A stretch of DNA of 55,297 nucleotides, filler included, from Streblomastix strix (Eukaryota): assembly GCA_008636045.1 (NCBI GenBank). It is 3 parts of 3 records of this genome, joined end to end, with 100 filler letters (N's around TTAATTAATTAA, not from the genome) between each part and the next. Parts side by side here need not be neighbours in the genome. Positions count along the whole stretch, not along the records: positions 1 to 18,378 come from SNRW01000610.1; positions 18,479 to 36,842 come from SNRW01000611.1; 1 more part is not named here. One strand, 5' to 3'. Under the pieces are notes generated by a model, which saw only the letters and a program-made list of their open reading frames with translations, did no database searches and was not told where the DNA came from. Shown piece by piece: positions 12,701 to 24,800 of the stretch (position 1 is the first letter of the stretch; each line of letters opens with the position of its first letter). The position numbers and the translations under genes are program-made.

Positions 12701-15700
12701 ATTTATATATTATTATAATGGGAGTGTTGATGGACATGATGAAAATAAACCTTACTAACATAGAAACAACGAAGAATAATTCTAAAATTTTGATTATTAT
12801 TATAAAGATTATTAGTTTTAATTTTCAGTATCAACTTATTATATAATTTATGGAATAAATGATGGAATTAATAAAGAATCTGTGTGAAGTGGATTTAGCC
12901 TTTATTTATTTTTATTCTAATATTATGATTATATGTTATATTTACTAGAAAGAGAAGAAGAAGGTTTTTATAATTTTATTATTCTTGATTTAGTAGATGA
13001 TAAAGAATAATATGAATTTGTTTCTATGTTATCTTATTATTAATATAAATTGTATTATGATTAGGGTGACTAGGTGGATTATGATTATGAATAATTAGTA
13101 ATAAACGAAGGTTATAAAATTTCATTGATTTAATCTTTTTCTAAATTGCTATTATGATTAATAAATTCTTTTCCATCTTTTGGAATTTCTTCTTATTTAT
13201 CTTCATTTATGTTAATTTCATTATTTGTATTATTTTATACAATTGATCTATTTTCATAATGTTACATTTTTAAACAGCCAATAACAAATAAGATCCCAAT
13301 TTATTAACAATCTTCTCCAGGATGTAAATATTTCTATGTTCCAGGTGAAAATACTGATTATTAAATTTATTATTATGAAGGTAAATTAGTTTTGTTTTTC
13401 TGCTTATCTTATCCTCCAAATTATTTTTCACTGTTCTATTCCTTCTCTGCGTTCTTCTTATTCTTCATTTCTTTCTTCTATTCTAAATATTATAAATACA
13501 AATAAGAAGGATTAATAACAGGAAGTGGATTCTATATCCTATATTTGTATTAAAATTAATATTCTTATGACTTTTTAGGTTTAATTAATTTTTTGTTATT
13601 CTTTTATATCTATAAATATTATTATGGGGTAAACAATGGAATGCTATTTTATTAATTTATCAAATTCTTCTTTTTCTTTATATATACACTTTAATAACCT
13701 TTTGGAAGTGCATGATATTAGTTATAAAAAGCTAAACAAAGGTGTATATGTTTTAATTCTAAAAGAAAGAAAGGATCAATTTGTTATTATTGATGCCTTT
13801 AAATTTATTATTAATATTAAATGTATTGTTATTGTTACTATTAAAATTATGAAGATTGATTTGATAATATGTGAAAAGGTGAATTATTATATTAATTGAC
13901 ATTTAAGTTATTAATATTTTATTTATTAAAATTAAATGAAGGTGATTAAATTTAAATATTTTTATAGCTTTTAATGTCCTAATCATAAAAATTATTCGTT
14001 CGAAAGAATGAAGAAAAAGAAGTTCCAAATGAACTTGGTGATCGATATGCAAATGATTGCTGTTGATAAGGAGAAGGTACAAATGAATGATTAGATGATT
14101 ATGATTATAATAATTTCTAATCTCTGATAATTGGTAACGAATTTATTGGATAAGGTGTTGATACGGATGGGATAATTTATTAACGAATTTATTACTGTTA
14201 TAGTTATTATTATTACTGTTATAGATATTATTATGCTGTTTGTTATTAAATATTGTCAGATTTAAGTGAAAGTGGATCATCTGAAACTTGCACTAATACA
14301 GAATTCTTTCTTTATTATTAATAAGACTATTATATTTACTATTATGAAGGAAGAATTGTTTATGAAGCTTATTGAATATTATCAAGTGCTGATACATACT
14401 ATTATGATTGTTATGACAATTAGTTCAAATTTTATATCTTTGATATTCTTACAATTTCTTTATCTTTTTCCTCCTAATCATTATTGTACTTTATTAAATT
14501 ATTCAATTTCTTATTATTGTTCACTTTTCCTTTCTATTTATTAAAGTATTGATATTTCTTAATTTAATTTTCAAATGATAGAGTCAAATGAAATGAAGTA
14601 ATAAATAAAGATACAATGATATGTTCAATTCGAAGTTTATGAAATAATGAGGATATTGATTATGAAGAAAGAGTAAACTTCTTACTTTATTCTTCTATTT
14701 TATCTTTCTCTTACTTTAATCTTTATTTTATATTATCTTTCATCTTCTTGTATTGTTCTTTAGTAAGTTTCCCATTTTATTCACTTTTCTATTCATTTTC
14801 ATTTATGTTATTATTTTCCTTATCCTTCAATTCTTTCTCTTTCTCTTTCTTTTCTATTTTATTATTCAATTTATCAACAAAACAATTAATTTAATATGCA
14901 AACTCTATTATATTTTATGTCATTGACAGTGTTACAGGAATTTTAATTTATCCCAAAATAATTGATGCTTACATATTTGTCAGTGATTTAAGTTGTTTAT
15001 TCCGAGTTAGAATAATCTGGATTGTTAAAAAATAAATAAAATAAAAATAAATAATAATGTTCATAAAATAATATTAATACATACTCTAATCTTCATCGGA
15101 ATAGGTGAGAATAGCTATGGTTTTAATTTATGAGGTTTGTTAGTATTTTAACTTGCAAATTAATCTATCATTTATTAATGTTAATCATTTTTAATATTAT
15201 GGGCCATCCAAACTCCAAATGATTATATTAGAATCTCCTTATAAATATTTTCTTCCAAATCGTTATTTTGTTATTCAATTTGATTAATTTCAGTTAGAAA
15301 CCAATTTTAATCAGTTGAATATAATATAAGACCTTACATTTACATTTATAAATCATAATTCTACTAATTATATTAAATGCTTTAATTGATTTCATTTTAA
15401 TTATTAGTTTTTAAATGTGAATTAATGTTTGAATCAACAAATAAAGTGATATTTTCAATTTCAAGCCGTGAATGAAATATCATCTTCTCTAAGAAATGAG
15501 GAAGTCCTGTTTGTATTAATATTTATTAGTTATCTTTCTTATTATCTTTATTTTACTCTTCCTACATAATTTTTCTTAAATTATTTTCAATTTCTTTTTC
15601 AATTTCTTTTATTTTTTCTTTTTCTTTTTCATCCACATTTTCACTCTCACTTTTCTCTTTCTCCTTCTCCTTCTATTATTCATTCAAAACTTCTTTTTAT

Positions 15701-16171
15701 TATCCATCTTTTATATTAATTTTCTTTTGTTTATCATCTTCAACAAATAATCAGCAGAATAATTAAATCTTTTCAATTTTAATGCTCACAGATTCTCCTC
15801 CTAGTGATGTTAATGGGAACTAAATATAATTAAATATGATTAATTTGAAGAAAGTTATTATATAAAATATATACATTGACAAATATTTTGGAACAATGAG
15901 CTCCTTAAAGGAAGTAAGGAAGATCCAAAAGGTCCTTCAAATATTCACAATTCAATTCTTAGGTAATGTGATAATGTAATGAATATGTTGAATCGAAGAA
16001 AAATCGGTGCATACCAACGTTTTCCAAAATTGCACGCTAATGCAAAATGCTGATATCCATCTTATAGGAATCATTCTGGATAAAAGGCTTATTAACAAAT
16101 AAAATAAAATAAAATAAAAAACAAAATATTAAGATTACCTTTATAAACTTAGTTATTAATTTGCCTATCAT
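6739..16171 (-). CDS. Chorein-N bridge-like lipid transfer protein, SHIP164/BLTP3 (UHRF1BP1)-like; 3,040 codons, 5 introns, one in-frame TGA at codon 86
   Basis: Introns 16138-16088, 16014-15958, 15874-15820, 15084-15017, 9379-9298. N-terminus MIGKLITKFIKPFIQ...ILENVELNCEYLKDLLDLPYFLQGAHCSKIFVNFPLTSLGGESVSIKIEKIQL resembles SHIP164 (LKNLELDEEVLQNMLDLP...C...IPWTKL...ICLSLDKV). C-terminal coiled coil; ends TAA TGA. Confidence 0.8.
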
Positions 16172-16860
16172 TGAAATACTTTTTTCACAAATTAATCAAA
16201 ACTAAAAATATAAAAATTTATATAAAAATACAATTTGACGTGAAAATAATAATTGAATTTTCAAAAATTTTATTTCATAGCCATTGTGAAGTTTTATTGA
16301 AATAAATACTGTTCGAATGATAAAAATATTTAATATTTTGCAAATAATAGTGAAATATAATCAATTAAATATGTGGAAGCGTCTGTACATATTGTTTTTT
16401 GAAAAATTGATATTTCATAGGTAATGTAAGATTATTCTACTTGGAGTTAATAAATAGGCCAATGTATGTTAACAAGATGCCCACATTTCTGTTCAATTTG
16501 ACGTTTGGAAAAAAAATTGAAAAACTGATTAAGATATTAATTAAGGTACAACATAGAATTTGCTGCTATGTGATAGTTCCATTTATATTCTTTTCAAAGT
16601 TTGGAAATTTATAACTAATACATATATAGATTTAGAAATTGGAATATCAAACAAAAATGCAACTTAGTAGCCAAGAAAATATCACTGATAGATTTTAACT
16701 CCAAATTTGGTATTTTTTCTTTTTATTTATGATTAGTTTTTAAAGCATCAATATTGATTTTATTAAATAAATTGCTTATATCTTTTTTTATATATTATTT
16801 GAACTAAAATTGATAAAACTAATTTTTGAATAATTTTTGATCAATTTTTATAAATGTAGA

Positions 16861-17900
16861 TTTTCTCCATTTATATATATCCTGATATGTTGGAAGTAAT
16901 GTGAGATATTGAAGATAATATTATTATTTAAGAAAATCATAATACCTCAAAATAACCATGTTGAATACTTTTCTGTCAAAATGCGGTTTTTAGTGAAAAA
17001 TAGTCAGTACAATATTCAATTCGGTGTATTTCAAACTTTGTTTTGCATATAATATGGTGAACATTCGATCTTTTCACGTGTCATCCCCATGCAAACATTG
17101 AAACTTGGCGAATTCCTTGCGATTGCATCGAATGGTGCTTCGTTTCCCAATTAAAATTATAATGAACCATCAACACACTTTTGAGATGATTGTTGCAATT
17201 GATACACTCGGATTACATCAACTTAAGAACCTGTTTTAGAAACGCAACACTAGATGCAATGAATAATTTTATGAATAAAAAGTAATATGTTGATAGATAC
17301 CATAAAATTAATTTTGCCTGGTATATTTCCTACTGATAGCTTTTATTCTACCTAGTCAACAAAGAAAAACAGTGTTCGCTATTCCATATCAACTTCCAAT
17401 TCTACTTTCTATCCACATTTATAACTGAAATTCCCGGAAAAGGTTGAATCACAACCATAATAATATAAACTACCACTAAGATGGAGAAATAAATAGAAAA
17501 AGGAAGATTTGAAATTATTTGATAATAAAATTACTTTTAATACTCATTCCAATATTATATTTTATGTGTATCTTCAGTGATTATTCCTACGCCTCACATA
17601 AACAAGTTGAATGAATAAAATAAAATCTGAAAAATTAATCACAAAACGTTTGGCAAACAGAAATCATTCGATCCTTATCGTTTAAAAATAATTTCGCATC
17701 ATATTATTCCAGACACAATTGGAGGTTATATCAAAATTTCAATATATGGGTCACCAATTTATGTAAGAACAAAGGTTTTACCCGATAATTAACCACATGA
17801 TAAATCTGAAATTTCAAGCGATTGATTTATTTGATTTTGATACTAATCCATTGAATGTCTGAAGATGGAATTGTATCTATATAAAAAATTATAAAAATAT
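16861..17900 (+). pseudogene. Galactose-binding/discoidin-like domain gene resembling the C-terminus of plant F-box At4g00755-type proteins; in-frame TGAs and frame changes
   Basis: Frame 1 gives AIASNGASFPNQ...CCN*YT...MQ*IIL*IKSNMLIDTIKL...FYSTQ...SVRYSIS. A different frame near 17703 gives IIPDTIGGYIKISIYGSP. Similarity is from memory only, and no clean intron explains the frame change. Confidence 0.4.
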
Positions 17901-18257
17901 ATATCTATAACAAAAAAATGATGTTAATACATTTTATCGTGGCAAAAAATTGACTTTTAAAAAGTCCTTTTATGGAGTTTTTGATTGATCTTGGCCTGTT
18001 ACCAAAATAAGTTATCTTAAATGTAACAAATATTCTATTTGTATTATATTTATATTTATTGCCTAATCAAATACATATAATGAAGCACTAATAAGATAAA
18101 ATTATTCCATTATCGTAACAATATTTATCCATAACACAATTATATATTTAAAACATTATTCTTATTTTTATTTAAAAAAAATTGTAAATGTAAAAAATTA
18201 AATATAATTTATAATTATTGCATTAGTCGAATATTTTTGTAAAAAATCCCTTAAACA

Positions 18258-18378
18258 ATGAAACGTGCAGACACACCACATCCAGGCCGATAGAAGGACG
18301 AACAGATACGTAAGAACATTAAATTCTTTCTTCTAAGTTCAGAAATGAGATCAGTAACTGATACCTACTCCCGCATCA
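18258..18378 (+). CDS. 5' end of hypothetical gene truncated by the contig end
   Basis: ATG 18258 (MKRADTPHPGRQKDEQI), locally higher GC, possible GTAAG...CAG intron 18310-18342. Confidence 0.45.
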
Positions 18379-18478
18379 NNNNNNNNNNNNNNNNNNNNNN
18401 NNNNNNNNNNNNNNNNNNNNNNTTAATTAATTAANNNNNNNNNNNNNNNNNNNNNNNNNNNNNNNNNNNNNNNNNNNN
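18379..18478. other. Artificial contig linker N44-TTAATTAATTAA-N44
   Basis: 100-bp spacer with stops in all six frames, identical to 36843-36942. Confidence 0.98.
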
Positions 18479-21078
18479 ATTAAAGAAAATGAAAAATAAA
18501 TAAAAAAAGTTAATGAAAATGAAAAATAATTGAAAAAAGTCCATAAAAAGAAAGCTATCCAAAATGTAAAAAGTAAATAAAGTAGCAAAGATGTGAAATC
18601 TGATGAAGATAATAAAGCTAATGAATCTGATGCAGCTAAAACTATCATAACAAATGAAGAGCAGGAAACAAAAGGAGTTCCATGGAGTTCATACTTTGCT
18701 TATATTCTATCACTAATACCTTCAATTTTAGTAATTCCATTTTTATTGTACTATTCAACTGGAGAAGGATTATCTGTATTCTCTTAATGGTGGTTAGGAT
18801 GTGTAGGATCATCATAATAATATAGTAAGTTATCTTTCACTTGGAAGATTGGTATGTATGCACTATTTGGAGCTGGTGTGTTATTGCTATTCTTGATAAG
18901 AGCTGTTGCATCAGCATTTGCAGTTAGGAGGTCAAACAGATTAATCCATCGTAAGTTGCTTACACATGTAGCTCATTGTCCAACATCCTTCTATGACTAG
19001 ACTCCTATGGGAAGAATCCTTAATAGATTCACTGGAGACATCTCACAAACTGATCAAGTCTTATATATGAATCTGACACAAGTAATGAATTGTTGGTTGA
19101 GTTTGATTGGACAAGTTTGTGCATTATTTAAATATATGAATATATGAATATTTTAACTTATTAAATTTGATTTTTATTATTGATTTTTATTGTTGAATTT
19201 AATAATTAATAATTGTTTTATCTTAATTTATTCAGATTGTAATAGTTGCAGTAGATACTCCTTTCTTTCTTTACATTGGACTTCCAACATTGATAATCTT
19301 CTTCATCGTAATGGTATACAAAATATATTGACTATAATAATAACATTTATTTATTTAATTTTATTTTATATTGTTTCTTCTTTATTAATAGAAAATCTAT
19401 TCTCGAGCAAGTAGAAATTTGCAAAGATTGGAGGTATAATAAATAACTATAATAATAAAATAAATAAAATTGAAAGCATCTTATTCTTTAATATTAATTA
19501 TTTTCTCCATAAACTATTATCTATATTATTTTATATAGGCTATAAGTCGTTCACCAGTTCTATCACATTTCAGTGAAACTGTCTCAGGAGCTGGATTGAG
19601 TACAATAAGGTATGATTATTATATTATTATTACTTATTTAACGATTTCCAAAATTTTTATTAATGAGCAGAGCATATTAACTTGAGAAAGATTGGGCAAA
19701 GAAGTTTGAATAACTGAATGATGATTGGTCAATTCGATTTATCATTTTCATGGAAGGGAAAAAATGGGGTACAATAAATATAATAATTAAATCAATAATA
19801 TAATTAGTTTCTATTCAAATATTCAATATTATTATCTTATTTTTTATATTATATAAATATAATAAAGCAACACTTTATTCATCAATGGTTTCATGTATAT
19901 TCATGATAGGTGTTGTATTAATCGGATGGTGGAGGATGGAACCTTCTAAACTTGCAGTGGCTATTTAAGCTGCAACTCAATTTGGATTTCTAGGAATTTT
20001 TATTGTATAGCAATTTGTTGAGCTAGGTGTGAATTATTTGTTTATATTAAAGAAAAAATTTATTCGTTTTTATTTGTTTATCATAGAATCCAAAATGACC
20101 TCATATGATCGTATCCGTTTTTACTCATCCAAACTCCCATAAGAAAAATCATATCATGGAAATAAAGTTCAACTTGGTGAAGGAGAATGGTCAGTTTAAG
20201 AAGATGTTCCATAATCAGCAAATCTTAAAGAAGGTGAATCACTTGAGATAATACCTGGCAATGAATGGCCTTAAACAGGAAGAGTGGAATTCGATAAAGT
20301 CTCTTTCAGATATCGATCAAAATTGCCTTATGTACTGAAAGATGTTTCATTTGATCTTCGAGGAGGAGAAAAAATTGGAGTTTGTGGTCGAACAGGAGCA
20401 GGAAAGACATCTCTTCTATTTGCACTATTCCGATTGATTGAACTTGATCACATTCTACAACCAACGATGATTGATATCACAACAGGATTTCCAATTGAAT
20501 CTGATCCGAATGAAGAACCAAACAAAGGAAGAGTTCTTATTGATGGAATTGACATTTCAAAAGTAAAATTATCAAGATTGAGACGATCTATTGCAATTAT
20601 TCCACAAGATCCAACTCTGTTCACTGGAACACTTCGTTATAACCTTGATATTGGAAAGAAATGCAATGATGATTAAATTTGGGAAGTTCTTGGTATGGTT
20701 GAGATGAGAGATGTTGTTGCTTCACTTCCATTGGGACTTGATGCATAAGTTGCAGAAGGTGGATCTAACTTCAGTGCAGGATAACGACAATTAATCTGCT
20801 TTGGCCGAGCCATTCTGAACAACTGCAGAATTGTAGTTATGGATGAAGCAACTGCATCTGTTGATGTTGAAACTGATGCAAAGATCCAGAAAACGATCAA
20901 AGATTAGTTCATTAGTCAAACTGTGTTTGTTATTGCACACAGATTGAATACGATCATGAACAGTGATAGAATCATGGTTATGGATGATGGGAAAGTTGTT
21001 GAGATTGACACGCCAGATAATCTAAAAGCAGATTCAAACAGTTCATTCAATTAGTTAATCAAATCACTTGATCATTGA
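18479..21078 (+). CDS. ABCC/MRP-family ABC transporter, C-terminal half (TMD2+NBD2), 5'-truncated, 6 introns
   Basis: [39 protein letters not shown], Walker [15 protein letters not shown], signature NFSAG(TAA=Q)RQL, Walker [14 protein letters not shown]. Introns 19115-19235, 19314-19391, 19434-19538, 19610-19670, 19769-19867, 20027-20086. Stop TGA 21076-21078. Confidence 0.95.
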
Positions 21079-21893
21079 TATTCTAAGGAGATGGATAAAC
21101 TCGGCAATGTTCAAAGAGTGTGAATTTCTTGCTGGGTGAGGATCTGATAGTAAAACTTATTTATTTTACATTTCAATTTTGAATTCAATAATAATTCTTA
21201 CACCTATTTTTATTTCTTTATTTTTTTTAATGTCCGATTTATTCAATATCAAATACAAATAATATTCAAATATTTTAAAATTAAAAATGTTGTATTTTCA
21301 TGCATTTTAGACATTTTAGGAAAGTTATCAACAATTAATTATATCGCCAATTTCTTGGAACGTGGCCCTTCTTGGTATTAAATTTGAGAATATTTACACA
21401 GAATATAATATTATAAATCATTTTATTGAGTTATACTACATTTTTAAACATTTGCAATGGAGAACAAGCACAAATAATAATGCAGAAGCTTTTCTACTGT
21501 TCCCAATGAATAATTCCAATTTATAAATTGTTGTTCGTTTTAACAATTATGCTTTCTTAGTGTTTATATGTGAATGATATGTTTTAATTACAAAAATATT
21601 AACAAATTTTTTTAGGATAATTCGCTTTTATTGCGCGATCTAGATATATTTACATTTATTTTTATATTTTAATTAATATCTGCCCATTTTTTTTATTATA
21701 TTTAATATCAATTTATTTTCGTTTTTTTCATATTAGTGATATAATACCCAGTTCATTATTTTCAATTAAATTCCTTATATTCTTTATTTTTTCATTAATT
21801 TATTTTTTCCACTTAAATGATTGAAAGACGATCATAACATTTTTCATTTAATCTTATTCTACTTATTTATTTATTATATTTAATATATTTTAG

Positions 21894-24800
21894 ATGGACA
21901 GAGCAAAGCGAAAAGAAGAGCGAGAAAGGGCCAGATCGAGGGAGAGGAGAATAGAAGAGCTTCGTGAGCGTGAACGTGAGAAGCGTAAAGAGATTGAAAA
22001 GTACAAAGGAGGTGTTGAGCTCAGTACTATTGACAGGATTAGTACAGACCCATCACCACGTACACTCGACCTCTACAACAAGAAGAAAAAAGTACTATTA
22101 AAAGAATTGTCGCCAAATTTCTCGAAATATGATCAATCTAACAGTTCAAACAGTTCAAATGAGAACCTGATATAACATAGAGCTCTTTTTAAAGGTCTTC
22201 AATTCCTCAAATTCGGAGCAAGTGCCGAGTAAATGTCTTTTACATGCAAGAACTGCATCAATACGATGAGTTACCCATTTTACATGCACATATTAAAAAG
22301 ACACGATATTATTCCATCTTAGGATACAGATGATGGAGAAATTCTGGAGAAAGATAAGAATATGAGTCCAATCAATTTATAATCTATTTCTCCATTATAT
22401 ACACTTCCAATGTTGTATACATAAGCATTAGATGATATTCTTGGAGGAGGAGGAATATATAACAATAATTAAATTGATGATATTTTTGAGCCAAAAGATT
22501 AAAATGAGAGAAATAGACAGGCTGCTTTGTCTAATGCACCTGATCCAGAGTTGAATAATAGAAAGAGAAGTGGGAATGCCTGGAGAATAATAAGATATGC
22601 ATAAAATATACTCCGACCATTTACTGAAGTTTCATTCAATCCGATGGGCGATGGACATTCAGCTGCATTAATATCGTAATTAGGAGCAGTTCCTAATAGG
22701 AAATTGTAATTAGATTATAATGAAGAAGAAAATGATGAAGAAGATGATAATAATAAGGAAGATGATAATCAGTTTATATAATAGAATATAATCACACCAT
22801 CAGTGAAAGCACCTCCTTTAATATCTTCTTATTTTATTCCTACAGATGATTTTATTAAACAATTATTTGAACCAATACATAAATCTCATAAAAAAAGGCA
22901 AAATAATAAAAATATTAATGAATAGAAAGAATAAAAAGAATAAAAAGAGAAAAAAGAATAAAAAGAAAAGTAGGATAAATAAGTTAAAGAAGATAAGAAA
23001 GAGAATGTTGTTGATTAAAACAAAATAAAATTAAATTAAAATGGTTTGATTAAAGACAATAAATTTACTTCTCAATAATTTCCTTATTTTTAACCATCTC
23101 TTTTACCAAATTAATCTCCATAATCATCATCTTCTTCATAATATCAGCCTTTATCATCTTTTTAACATTAATTATCTCAAATAACATATCAACCTTCATA
23201 GTTACAACCTTAATTTATGTCACCATTATCATATTAACCATAAATATCTACATCTTCTTCATCTTCTTCATCATCATCTTCATCATCTTTTCAATATCCT
23301 TCTTTATCACCAACATATTAACCTCAGTATCCTTTCACTTCTTCATTACAATAGAAGCCGTTCATATTTGGATAATTACCCAATTAATAACAATATCCCA
23401 ATACTTAAACTAATTATTAATCTGCATCTGCACCTCAAATGTCTCCTATGGTCCCATTTCCATTTCACTCATATCCTTTATTATAATACCCTCAATAATA
23501 ATAACAATAATAACAGATACAATAATAATAATAAGGGTAATAATAATAGTAAATTTTATAATAACCATCATTTTTATTATAATAGAATAAATAATAAAGT
23601 AGTATTCAAGAAACGAACAATAATATTGAATAATTGAAATCAAAATAAAACTAGAAATAATAAAATATTCCACCATAACCATAATAACCACAATAAACTC
23701 AATAATAGTAATAGCCAACAGCACCAAAATAAAAATAACATGGAAATAGTAAATAAACAATAAATAACAATGATAAAGAATCTGAATGTGAAGATGACGA
23801 TGTGATAATCTATACAGTGAAAGAAAAGAAATTATTGGCTCCCTCTGTTTAGAATTGGGGAATTAATGACAATAGAAATAAAAGAAAACAGAAAAAGAAG
23901 GAAATTAAAAATAATTTGCAACAATAATAAACATCTTCATCTTCTTCATCTTCTTAATTATAATAATCACAGATTTAATTAAATACCATTTAAGATGAAT
24001 TCTATGATTTATTAATGCAATCATTCACAGGAATTAAAAGAATAATCAAGAAAGATAATAAGAATAAGGATGAACCAAATAACAATAAGAAAGAAATGGA
24101 GAAAGATTTAATAATTGAAAAAGAAAGTGAAATAAATGAATAAGTTAATAACGTATAAGACAATTCATTAAACTCACAATTACAAAGTAATTAACCTGAC
24201 TATTCATTAAGTTAGTTTAATAATCAATTTCTATTAGAATCAACTTCTTCTTCATCATAATCACCTTCTTTATTGTAATTTAATCCAAATAAATAATCAA
24301 AACAAAATACACCAAAATTTTCAGCATTGTTTTAAAATAAAAATAAGAATTTAATTCCAATAAAATAACCCTAATTGCCTCCTCCTCCTGTTTATACTGA
24401 CTTTCCTGAATATGTAACAATATACACAGATATTGGGGAATAGGATGATAATGAAATAAATCAATAATAATAATCATCATCATCATCATAAGTTCAATAG
24501 TAACAGTATACAAATCCATTTAATGATCAATTATCCAATTCATCTAAAAATAAGAACAAAAGTAAGAAAAGTAAAAAGAAATAAAATAAATCCATAATTA
24601 AAGAGTAAGAAAATGAAGATTCCAAATAAATCAATTAATTAGCTTCATAATCGTCCATTTCTCCATTTTTATTAACAGGTTAATCAACATCTTAATCTTC
24701 ATCATCATAAGAATCACCTCAATAATTACAGTAATAATAACAACAATAATTATCGATTCATTTTTCTGAACTAATTAATATTCTTCCTCCATCTCCAGTA

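Noticed and set aside
15480..15515. GLPHFLEKMIF as an M16 peptidase HxxEH motif
   Set aside because: The second His is absent, and the segment fits the post-chorein region of the SHIP164-like protein.
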